From positions 1 to 43,407 of the forward strand of contig JADGPQ010000002.1 of the NCBI GenBank assembly GCA_017882325.1: DNA of 43,407 nt, read 5' to 3'. Within the stretch, counting starts at the first letter, position 1, and the number at the start of each line of letters is the position of its first letter. The translations under genes were made by a program, and so were the position numbers. Below, one piece after another: positions 35,922-43,407 of this stretch. The notes under the pieces were generated by a model. It worked only from the letters and a program-made list of their open reading frames with translations, was not told the DNA's origin and made no database searches. The stretch comes from Thermoleophilia bacterium. Lineage in GTDB: Bacteria > Actinomycetota > Thermoleophilia > UBA2241.

Positions 35922-35951
35922 GGGAGAGGGGGCCGCGCGGCCCCCTCTCCC
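35922..35951. repeat. Perfect 30-nt palindrome between the binding-protein and permease genes
   Basis: GGGAGAGGGGGCCGCGCGGCCCCCTCTCCC equals its own reverse complement. It lies 50 nt downstream of the SBP stop and no U-tract follows on the minus strand. Confidence 0.8.
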
Positions 35952-36001
35952 CGTGCCCGCCGCCCGCCGTCAGGCAAGGCGGCGATGATCGTGCGCTTGC
36001 G

Positions 36002-37618
36002 TCACTGCGTATAGTGCGCGTCGCGGAAGAGCGACTGCGCGTAGTCGGGAGCCAGGAAGACGCCGTCGATGTTGGCGCTCTGGCCGGCGACCGCGGTGTT
36101 GACCAGGAAGTTCATCATCGGCACCTGGTCCTGCAGGATGGCCTGCGCCTGCTGATACAACTTGGCGCGCTTGGCCGGGTCGAGCTCTGTCGAGATCTGC
36201 TTGGTCAGCGCGTCGAACTGCGGGTTGCTCCACCGGGAGTAGTTGTATGCGCCGCCAGTGACCAGCGCTTGCTGGAAGTAGTTGTTGGGCACCGCGCGTG
36301 TGCCGTAGTCGACGACAGAGAAGGCGGCCTGGTACCAGTTGTCCTGCCCCTTGTCGGCGTAGAACACGTCGACCGGCACCTGCTGGATCGAGACGTCGAC
36401 ACCGATCTGCTTCATCTGCGCCTGCCACGCGGTGGCGACGGCCGGCACGGGGTCTGTGGTCTGCGCGACAAGCTTGATCTTGACGCCGCTCGAGTAGCCG
36501 GCGTCGGCCAGGAGCTGCTTGGCCTTGGCCTGGTCGTACGGCACCGACGTGGTCAGGTAGTCGGCCTTGTACGCGGGGCCGACCAGCGTGCCGTTGCCGG
36601 GCACGGCGACACCCGGTGCGGCCAGGCCGACGATCGCCTGGCGATCGGTGCCGGCCATGAGCGCCTGGCGGAACTTGAGGTCGCTGCCGGGCTTCTGGTC
36701 GGTCCGGATCTGCAGCTCAAAGCAGTAGTTCGTATTGGTGGTGACAGCCTTCAGGCTGGAGCTGCCTTCGACCGCCTGCTTCTGTTCGGCCGAAAGGCCG
36801 CCGACCCAGTTGAGCGAGCCGCCCTGCAGGCCGGCGACTTGGCCGGCGATGTCGGGCGAGTAGATGAAGTCGACCTCATCGAGGTACGGAAGCTGGTTGC
36901 CCTGGGCGTCCTTGCCCCAGTAGGTCGGATTCTTCATGAGGATGGCGCGGTCCTCAGCGGAGATGGACTTGAGCGTGAATGGGCCGGTGCCGACCGCTAC
37001 CTTCGCGGGGTTCTTGACCGACTTGCAGAGCATCAAGGTGTGGTAGTCGGTCAGTGAAGCCGGGAACTCGGAGTCGACCGACGCGAGGGTGAAGACGACG
37101 GTCGTCGGGTCGGGCGCAGTGACGCTCTTGATGTTGGCGTACACATCGGCCATCGCAGAGCCAAGCTTCTTGCTGCGCAAGCGATCCATCGTGTACACCA
37201 CGTCGGCGGACGTGAACGGCTGACCGTTGCTGAAGGTGATGCCGTCGCGCAGGGTGAAGGTCCAGACCTTGCCGTCCGGCGAATCCCACTTTGTCGCGAG
37301 CGTGGGCTGGACGCTGAGGTCCTGGCCCAGCGTGACGAGCTTCTCGTAGATCTGCTGCTGCAGAAGGATGTCGGGCACGGCGCCGGCAAACAGGGCCGGG
37401 TCGAAGTTGATGTTGCCGGGCTGGGAGCCGATCTTGAGGACGCCGCCCATCTTGATGGCGCCGGCGTTCGGGCTGGCGCTACTGCTGCTGCCGGAGCTGC
37501 CGCACGCGACCACCACGGCGAGCAGCGCCACGACGAGTAGCAGGACGGCCGCGATAGCCACCGTACGCGCAAGTCTCTCGCGTGAGACTCCTGAAAGGAA
37601 CAGGGATCGAGTGTTCAT
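36002..37618 (-). CDS. ABC transporter substrate-binding lipoprotein, family 5 (peptide/opine/nickel type)
   Basis: ATG 37618 (RBS AAGGGGG) gives a signal peptide with lipobox ...LLAVVVACGSSGSSSS, followed by a family-5 SBP body of about 510 aa. Confidence 0.85.
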   Translation of the reverse strand: MNTRSLFLSGVSRERLARTVAIAAVLLLVVALLAVVVACGSSGSSSSASPNAGAIKMGGVLKIGSQPGNINFDPALFAGAVPDILLQQQIYEKLVTLGQDLSVQPTLATKWDSPDGKVWTFTLRDGITFSNGQPFTSADVVYTMDRLRSKKLGSAMADVYANIKSVTAPDPTTVVFTLASVDSEFPASLTDYHTLMLCKSVKNPAKVAVGTGPFTLKSISAEDRAILMKNPTYWGKDAQGNQLPYLDEVDFIYSPDIAGQVAGLQGGSLNWVGGLSAEQKQAVEGSSSLKAVTTNTNYCFELQIRTDQKPGSDLKFRQALMAGTDRQAIVGLAAPGVAVPGNGTLVGPAYKADYLTTSVPYDQAKAKQLLADAGYSSGVKIKLVAQTTDPVPAVATAWQAQMKQIGVDVSIQQVPVDVFYADKGQDNWYQAAFSVVDYGTRAVPNNYFQQALVTGGAYNYSRWSNPQFDALTKQISTELDPAKRAKLYQQAQAILQDQVPMMNFLVNTAVAGQSANIDGVFLAPDYAQSLFRDAHYTQ

Positions 37619-37792
37619 GTGCGTAAGAACCCCCTTTGGTGGATACTCCCGAGTACACTTTGCCACGGGGTGGAGCGCGATTCCCGGCATTACAGGGAAC
37701 CCCCGCGCCTCACCGGGGACAGATCGTCGTCCATACGAACCCCCGGTGCCGCAGAATGTTCGGACGCGTCGGTCACGCGTCCCTTAGCCGCG

Positions 37793-37820
37793 AGACTAGC
37801 GATTGCGGAGACGGTGTCAA
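37793..37820 (-). promoter_or_regulatory. Candidate sigma70-type promoter of the ABC importer operon (inside degenerate module copy C)
   Basis: Minus strand reads TTGACA (37820-37815), 16 nt spacer, TAGTCT (37798-37793). A leader of about 170 nt follows before ATG 37618. Confidence 0.45.
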
Positions 37821-38004
37821 GGATTCTGTCACTGCGTCCAGTCAGCGAGACACCTTGCGCGCGTCGCCACGCTCGAACCCCGGCGGCGGCGAGCGCTGGA
37901 CCGGCGAAAGCATACTATGAGCATAGCACTCGTCCGTTGGCGAATGAAATGCCTAAGACGCGAGGCGCCAGCGGGCAGCGCCTGGCCGACTTGCGACGCG
38001 CTGG

Positions 38005-39384
38005 TCAGACCAGGCAGAGCTTGTCAAGCTGGCGGCGGACGAGAGGATCGAGATCGTCCGGAGGTGTGAAGGCTTCCAGGCGGCGCGCCACTTCGCCGGC
38101 CGCCGCCCGGCGAGCGTCCACGCCACCCCCGTCCGTCCATTTCTCGAGTGCGTCGCGCGCCAGGAAGGTGGACCGGTCATGGTCGCGGGCGTGTGCCCGG
38201 GTATGACCGGCCGACAGGTAGCTGCCGGCGGGACCGATCTCCGCGATGACGTCCTCGGCGAGGTCCTCGCGATTAGTCCGGACCGGCCGTTCGAGCGCAC
38301 TCTGTCCGGCGAGCATCTCGTCGTCGAGCACGAACTTCTCGAGAGAGACGACGTTGAAAGCGCTCAGGATGCCGGCGGCTTGGAAGACGAAGTCGGCGCC
38401 GGCGCGGACCGCGCTGGCAAGGCCCCGAAGTGATTCAGCGGCCGCCTGTGCGTCGGGCACGTGCGCGTCGGTGACGGCGGCGCCTGCGCGCACCGGCAAG
38501 CCGCAGTGATGTGCGAGTCGCACGGATGCCACAGCCATGCGCGCGAACTCCGGCGTGCCGAAGAGCGCGGCGCCGGTGCGCAACGACGCCATCGTCGAGA
38601 GGCCGCCGTAGATGAAGGGGGAGCCCGCGCCAGCGGCCTGGGATAGCACCAACGCGGCCAGCACCTCCGCGTGCTGTACTACGAGGACGCCGGCCGGCGT
38701 AGCAGGGCCAGTGGTGCCGCCCATCACGCAGGAGGTGATGCAGGTGGGCTGGCCGAGACGCGCCCAGCGGACGAGGAGCCGCGCCGTCTCCGAGGTGATC
38801 TGCAGCGGCGAGCTGGTGTTCAGGATGATCAGCCCGCGCGGGACCTCGTTCCACGCCGCCCCGAAGAGGATCTCGTGAGCGGCCACGGCCACATCGAGGT
38901 CGTCGTCAGTCGTCGCGACCCACTCGCTCGCCTTGTCGCTGAGCACCAGCCGTGCGTGAGTTCCACGCAGCGTCCGCCGCTCCTCCGGGAGGTCGAGCAG
39001 CTCGACGCTGTCGCCGTGGTACTCGATCGAGGACGAGACGTGCCCCAGCTTGATCGTGGCCTCGAGGTCGCCCAGGGTCCCCGGCCGCGCACGGTCGCCA
39101 TCGAGCACATAGGCGGGACCCGAGCATGAGCCGAAGACGGCGTGGCCGTCCCCGAAGCGCACGTCGCGGGCTGGCGATCGGCCGATGAGGGTGAAGGACG
39201 AGGGCGCGACGGCAAGCGCCGCCCGCACCGCGCCCTCCCCGATGAACACCCGCCGACCGTCGGCGCGTGCGCCGTGGGCGCGCAGAAGTGCGACGGCGGC
39301 GGTGTCGTGCACAAGCACGCCGGTGCGCTCGAGCACCCGCAGAGCCGCCTCGTGGACGGCCACGACATCGGCCTGCTCGATCAC
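38005..39384 (-). CDS. MttB-superfamily methyltransferase without pyrrolysine (quaternary-amine type), paralogue 2
   Basis: 459 aa from a GTG start. Colinear with MttB (VHEAALRVLERTGV, ILNTSSPL, MGGTTGPATPAG). It reads GAAVTDAHVPDAQAA through the Pyl column without interruption. Confidence 0.8.
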   Translation of the reverse strand: MIEQADVVAVHEAALRVLERTGVLVHDTAAVALLRAHGARADGRRVFIGEGAVRAALAVAPSSFTLIGRSPARDVRFGDGHAVFGSCSGPAYVLDGDRARPGTLGDLEATIKLGHVSSSIEYHGDSVELLDLPEERRTLRGTHARLVLSDKASEWVATTDDDLDVAVAAHEILFGAAWNEVPRGLIILNTSSPLQITSETARLLVRWARLGQPTCITSCVMGGTTGPATPAGVLVVQHAEVLAALVLSQAAGAGSPFIYGGLSTMASLRTGAALFGTPEFARMAVASVRLAHHCGLPVRAGAAVTDAHVPDAQAAAESLRGLASAVRAGADFVFQAAGILSAFNVVSLEKFVLDDEMLAGQSALERPVRTNREDLAEDVIAEIGPAGSYLSAGHTRAHARDHDRSTFLARDALEKWTDGGGVDARRAAAGEVARRLEAFTPPDDLDPLVRRQLDKLCLV

Positions 39385-39387
39385 CGC

Positions 39388-40842
39388 CTACGCGCCTGGC
39401 ACGAAGCCGGCCACGAGCGCGTCGATGCGCGTCGCGACATCCGCGGCGAGCGGCTGCGGCTGGTGGGTCTCGAGGAGCCTCAGGGCCTTGCGGCGGGCTC
39501 TCTCACGGAGGTCAAGCCCGCCCTCTTCCTGCCAGCGCACGTAACCCTGACGGTTGATGATCGTCGGCCGCCACTGCGCCGTGCGCACGTGCTTGGCGGT
39601 GTGCTTGCTGCTCAGGAAGTCGCCGCCCGGGCCGACCTGGCGGATCGTGTCGACGGCCAGAGTCTCGGGCGTGACCTCGACGCCGGCGAAGATGCGGCGG
39701 TTCAGCGACAGATACTCGTCCATGATGACGATCAGCTCGAGCGACGCCGTCATGCCATAGTCGATGTAGCCGATGTCGTGGTTGAGGTTGGAGCCGGCGG
39801 CGAGGCTCAAGAACGTGAGCTCGGCCGCCTCCATACCCGCCTGCGCGTCGATCACCTGCGCATCGGTCGTGCCCGCGTACCCCCAGTTCGGCAGGTCCAG
39901 CCAGCGCGCCATCTCCACGGCGCAGACGTAGCCCATCAGATACTCGGGCGCGTTGTAGGAAGACTGAGACGTCGCCATGTCGAGAACCCCCGGGCCGATC
40001 CCGAAGAGGAATGGCGCGCCCGGCTTGCGCAGCTGGTGGATGACGAGGCCGAACAGCGACTCGGCGACGCCCTGCGCCGTGTGGCCGGCCACCGTGATCG
40101 GCGCCGTGCCGCCCGCCAGCGGCGCCGGCGAGTAGATGGCCGGGATGCCCCAGTCGGCGCAGAAGAGCAGCTTCTCGATGCTCTCCACGGGGTGCGAGAG
40201 CGGGCTCACGGGCTCCAGGTACATGGTGAAGTACGGCTTGGCGCGCAGCTCCTCGGCGCCGCCGCGCAGCTCGCAGGCGATCTCCCACAACACCTTGAGA
40301 TCGCCGGCGTTCTCGGAGGTCATCACCATCGGCTTGGTGGTGCTCGTGACCATGGCGCGGAAGCTCTCGAGGTACGAGCGGTGCGGCGCGATGTCGTTGG
40401 GGTGGGCACACGACATGGCGAAGTCGATATTGGGCAGCGCGTCGCAGAGCCGTGCCGCCCGCGAGACGTCGGACAGGGCGCTGGGCCGGTGCTCGCCCGT
40501 CTCGAGGTCGTAAGTACTCATGAGGTCGGATCCGGTGCCGAAGTAGCTGTTGCGCCCGCCGAGGGACATCGCCGGCGCGCCGGTGCGGTCGTAGACCTCG
40601 ATCATGTTCGGGGCCGTGGCCCGCGCCCGCTTCACGAGCGTGCGCGGGATGCGCACGAGGTCGGCGTCGGTCACAGTGCAGCCCGCGTCACCCAGCAGCT
40701 CTCGGGCTTCCTCGTGGAGCACGCGCATGCCTATGCCGGCGATGATATCCAGGGCGGCATCGTAGATCGCCTGCTTGTCGGCTCCGCTGAGATAGGTCAG
40801 CCGGCCTGTGCCGGGCCGAGGCGGCGGATCATGATCGGGCAC
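39388..40842 (-). CDS. MttB-superfamily methyltransferase without pyrrolysine (quaternary-amine type), paralogue 1
   Basis: GTG 40842 has GGAAGGAG 7 nt upstream, giving 484 aa. The track start 41859 is an antisense artefact over iclR. It reads YAGTTDAQVIDAQAG across the Pyl column. TAG stop. Confidence 0.8.
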   Translation of the reverse strand: MPDHDPPPRPGTGRLTYLSGADKQAIYDAALDIIAGIGMRVLHEEARELLGDAGCTVTDADLVRIPRTLVKRARATAPNMIEVYDRTGAPAMSLGGRNSYFGTGSDLMSTYDLETGEHRPSALSDVSRAARLCDALPNIDFAMSCAHPNDIAPHRSYLESFRAMVTSTTKPMVMTSENAGDLKVLWEIACELRGGAEELRAKPYFTMYLEPVSPLSHPVESIEKLLFCADWGIPAIYSPAPLAGGTAPITVAGHTAQGVAESLFGLVIHQLRKPGAPFLFGIGPGVLDMATSQSSYNAPEYLMGYVCAVEMARWLDLPNWGYAGTTDAQVIDAQAGMEAAELTFLSLAAGSNLNHDIGYIDYGMTASLELIVIMDEYLSLNRRIFAGVEVTPETLAVDTIRQVGPGGDFLSSKHTAKHVRTAQWRPTIINRQGYVRWQEEGGLDLRERARRKALRLLETHQPQPLAADVATRIDALVAGFVPGA

Positions 40843-40882
40843 CGAAGGACTCCTTCCGAAAGAGACGTTGCGACATGCGGAA

Positions 40883-40951
40883 CAACCCTGACGCGAGACC
40901 GCAGGCGCATCAAGGGGCTGACCCGGCAGTCCAAGCAGCTGTACTCGTTTT
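40883..40951 (-). promoter_or_regulatory. Promoter/operator module, copy B (upstream of the mttB-like pair, divergent from the IclR gene)
   Basis: Minus strand reads AAAACGAGTACAGCTG-CTTGGAC...TTGATG (40913-40908), 17 nt, CAGGGT (40890-40885), TTG. Same 69-nt architecture as copy A. The -10 lies about 40 nt upstream of GTG 40842. Confidence 0.55.
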
Positions 40952-41004
40952 CGTTGCCGCATGCCGTCGCGGCCGCTATGCTGGATTGACGCTCGGCGAA
41001 GAGA

Positions 41005-41886
41005 TTGGTAGGTACCGTGCCGCAGGGCCGACTGCCAGAAGAGCAAGGCACTACTTGGGGTGCCGCCCGGGTGCTCGACGTGCTCGAGTTCCTGGGGCGC
41101 AGAAACAGCCCCGCTCCGGCCAGTATCATCGCCTCGTCGTGCAACATCCCCAGGTCGAGCACGTACGGCCTGCTCAACCTGTTGAAGTCGCGACGCTTTG
41201 TCGCCTATCGCGCAAACGAGCGCGCCTGGACGCTGGGCAGCGCCGCCTTCGAGCTGAGCGCCGATGCTCCCCTGTTCGCGCACGGACTCGCAGTGCTCAG
41301 GGCGTTCGCGACGGTGTCTCGCGGCCTGACGCCACGGCAGATCGCGAGCGGAGCGGGGATGTCGCGGGGAGCGGTCGCGCGCATTCTTCCCTACCTCGTG
41401 GAGAGCGACCTGCTGCACGCCGATACGGACGGCACGTACTCCCTGGGACTGGAGCTGGTGAGCCTGGCCTCCAGAGTCGGCTGGGTCGACCGGTTGCGCA
41501 TCGCGGCCCGCGCCCACCTGATGCGCCTCAGAGACGCCACGCAGGAGACGGCCAACCTGATCGTGCTGGACGGAGACCACGCCATCTATGTCGACCAAGT
41601 GGAGAGCCCGTACGCCCTGCGGCACACTGGGTGGGTCGGTCGGCGCGTACCGCTCGCGGGCACGGCGACCGGCGCCGCCTTCGAAGGCCCCGGCGCGGCA
41701 CACACGATGGCCGACGCGGTCGAGACCGGCGTCACGGCCATCGCCTGTACGATCGACATTCCTGACTTCGACGCGGCGGTCAGCATCACGGCGCCCAGCT
41801 GGCGGATCGAGGAGTTCGGCGTGCCGCGGGCCGAGCACATGGTCGAAGCGGTCTCGCACGAGATCGCCCTCCGCCTGCGTGCGTAG
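41005..41886 (+). CDS. IclR-family transcriptional regulator
   Basis: wHTH RVLDVLEFLGRRNSPAPASIIASSCNIPRSSTYGLLNLLKSRRFV plus a C-terminal effector domain. Start is uncertain (TTG 41005 or GTG 41017). TAG stop. Confidence 0.8.
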   Translation: MVGTVPQGRLPEEQGTTWGAARVLDVLEFLGRRNSPAPASIIASSCNIPRSSTYGLLNLLKSRRFVAYRANERAWTLGSAAFELSADAPLFAHGLAVLRAFATVSRGLTPRQIASGAGMSRGAVARILPYLVESDLLHADTDGTYSLGLELVSLASRVGWVDRLRIAARAHLMRLRDATQETANLIVLDGDHAIYVDQVESPYALRHTGWVGRRVPLAGTATGAAFEGPGAAHTMADAVETGVTAIACTIDIPDFDAAVSITAPSWRIEEFGVPRAEHMVEAVSHEIALRLRA

Positions 41887-42047
41887 CTCCGCGCCGGTGA
41901 TTTGCGTCCGTAATCCCGGAAATCCGGCGAGCTTGCTGTGAAACCAGCGCGGGTTCCCCTAGAGTCCTGCCTGCCAGACGCGTCGTTTCGGCAGTTGGCG
42001 TACGCCCCGGCCCCGCCGGCGCTCGATTCATCTTGGAAGGAGACGTC

Positions 42048-43407
42048 GTGACCATCATCCTGGACGGCGGGTCGCTGACCGTCGAGAAGCTCGTGCGCAT
42101 CGCCCGCGAGGGCGAGAAGGTCGAGCTCGACCCGGCGGCCGTGGAACGCATCCGGGTCTGTCGCGCCATGCTCGAAGACAAGATCAAGGCGCGCGAGATC
42201 ATGTACGGCACCAACACCGGCATCGGCGAGTTCTCCGAGATGGTGCTCGACGACGCGCAGGTCACGCAGTTCCAGCGCTACCTCGTGTACAACCACTCGG
42301 CCGGCTTCGGCCAGCCCGCGTCCCCCGAGGTCGTGCGCGCCGCCATGGCGGGGCGCATCAACGTGCACGCGCACGGCAACTCGGGCAATCGGCCCGAGAT
42401 CACGTTGGCCCTGGTCGAGATGCTCAACCGCGGCGTGACGCCGGTGGTCTGCGAAAAGGGCTCCGTGGGCGCCTCCGGCGACCTCGCCCCCATGGCTCAG
42501 CTCGCCCTCCTCCTGATGGGCGAGGGCGAGGCCTTCTACGAAGGCGAACGCCTACCCGGTAAGGTGGCCATGGAGCGCGCCGGCATCCCCGTCCCGGGGC
42601 TGGAAGCGCGCGACGGCCTCGCCGCGATCAACGGCTCAAACGTCCTCACCGCCATGAGCGCGCTACTCTGCTACGACGCCGACCGCTGGCTGCGCCAGGC
42701 CGAGATCGCCTGCGCCATGTCGCTCGAAGCACTGCTCGCCAACCTCAAGCCGTACAACGCCAAGCTGCACGAGCTGCGCGGCTTCGCCGGAGCCATCCGC
42801 AGCGCCGCCTCCATCAAGAAGTGCATCGAGAACAGCGACCTGGCGACCGGCAAGATCAAGACCAAAGTGCAGGACGCTTACTCCATGCGCTCCTCGCCGC
42901 AGGTGATCGGCGCCGCGCACGACGCGCTGGCGTGGGCGAAGTCCCAGGTCGAGATCGAGCTGAATGGCGTCGGCGACAACCCGATCTTCGTGCCCGAAGA
43001 CAAGCTCACGCTTACCGGCGCCAACTTCCAGGGCACGCCGGTCAGCCTGCCGATGGAGATTGTCGGGCAAGCGATCACCATGGTCAGCGTGCTCTCCGAG
43101 CGCCGTCTCAACCGCCTCGAGAACCCGGCGCTCAGTCAGGGACTGCCCGATTTCCTCACGCCGAACCCCGGCTTCTACTCCGGGCTCATGCTGAGCCAGT
43201 ACGCCGCCGACACGCTTATCACCGAGCAGCGGATCCTGGCGGCTCCGGCCTCCACGATGAGCATCCCTGCGGCGGCCGACCAGGAAGACTTCGTCTCGAT
43301 GGGCATGAACACGGCCCTCAAGAACCGCCAGATCCTCGAGAACGCCTACGGCGTGCTGGGCATCGAGTTCATGGGGGCGGCGCAGGCCCTCGACTTCCGC
43401 GAGTTCA
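42048..43407 (+). CDS. HAL/PAL/TAL-family MIO ammonia-lyase or aminomutase, second paralogue (3' end outside window)
   Basis: Not in the supplied ORF track. GTG 42048 lies 5 nt after GGAAGGAG. The frame is open for 453 codons to the window end: VTIILDGGSLTVEKLVRIAREG..., YGTNTGIGEFSE, YLVYNHSAGFG, GSVGASGDLAPMAQL (Ala-Ser-Gly), DQEDFVSMG. Confidence 0.85.
   Translation, partial: MTIILDGGSLTVEKLVRIAREGEKVELDPAAVERIRVCRAMLEDKIKAREIMYGTNTGIGEFSEMVLDDAQVTQFQRYLVYNHSAGFGQPASPEVVRAAMAGRINVHAHGNSGNRPEITLALVEMLNRGVTPVVCEKGSVGASGDLAPMAQLALLLMGEGEAFYEGERLPGKVAMERAGIPVPGLEARDGLAAINGSNVLTAMSALLCYDADRWLRQAEIACAMSLEALLANLKPYNAKLHELRGFAGAIRSAASIKKCIENSDLATGKIKTKVQDAYSMRSSPQVIGAAHDALAWAKSQVEIELNGVGDNPIFVPEDKLTLTGANFQGTPVSLPMEIVGQAITMVSVLSERRLNRLENPALSQGLPDFLTPNPGFYSGLMLSQYAADTLITEQRILAAPASTMSIPAAADQEDFVSMGMNTALKNRQILENAYGVLGIEFMGAAQALDFREF

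Noticed and set aside
40843-41859. N-terminal 339 codons of track ORF 39388..41859
   Set aside because: It runs antisense through the IclR gene and the intergenic region. Family similarity begins at GTG 40842, behind GGAAGGAG.
42048-43407. Either HAL paralogue as an ergothionase/hercynine trimethylamine-lyase feeding TMA to MttB
   Set aside because: The idea is attractive because such a lyase would release TMA next to Pyl-type mttB. As far as I recall, characterised ergothionase lacks the MIO cofactor. Both paralogues here retain the Ala-Ser-Gly triad (GASGDLAP), so the sequence does not support it.
1-43407. CRISPR arrays, rRNA/tRNA genes, transposases, integrases or phage/defence genes
   Set aside because: None were seen. 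There are no direct-repeat arrays, and every large ORF with coding character is assignable to metabolism, transport or regulation.

Overview
GC-rich bacterial window (third codon positions almost all G/C, GGAGG-type RBS, many ATGA/GTGA overlapping junctions). It reads as an anaerobic catabolic island with about 40 genes. All homology calls come from motifs read by eye; no searches were run.

Gene content, left to right:
- A partial MFS transporter.
- A seven-gene hdrCBA-mvhD-flxCBA (Flx-Hdr type) operon that ends in a clear intrinsic terminator.
- A Cys-rich Fe-S protein.
- A minus-strand cassette: ornithine-cyclodeaminase-like gene, then mtbB, then mttB.
- panB and an Lrp/AsnC regulator.
- A 14-gene, about 16 kb minus-strand operon: hutU, a four-subunit 2-oxoacid:ferredoxin oxidoreductase, sucCD, hutH, an enolase-superfamily enzyme, a second OCD-like gene, a fused Fe-S serine-dehydratase-like gene and a three-subunit Mo-hydroxylase.
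- A family-5 ABC importer.
- Two uninterrupted MttB-superfamily paralogues.
- A divergent IclR regulator.
- A second MIO ammonia-lyase running off the right edge, which the ORF track does not list.

Strongest signal: both mtbB and mttB are split in the ORF track by one in-frame TAG. Each TAG sits where these families carry pyrrolysine. No pyl genes, tRNA(CUA) or corrinoid protein are visible in the window, and TAG still ends several neighbouring genes.

Second signal: a 69-bp promoter/operator module occurs twice with identical internal spacing, and a degenerate third copy exists. This ties the hutU operon, the mttB-like pair and the ABC importer into one putative regulon.
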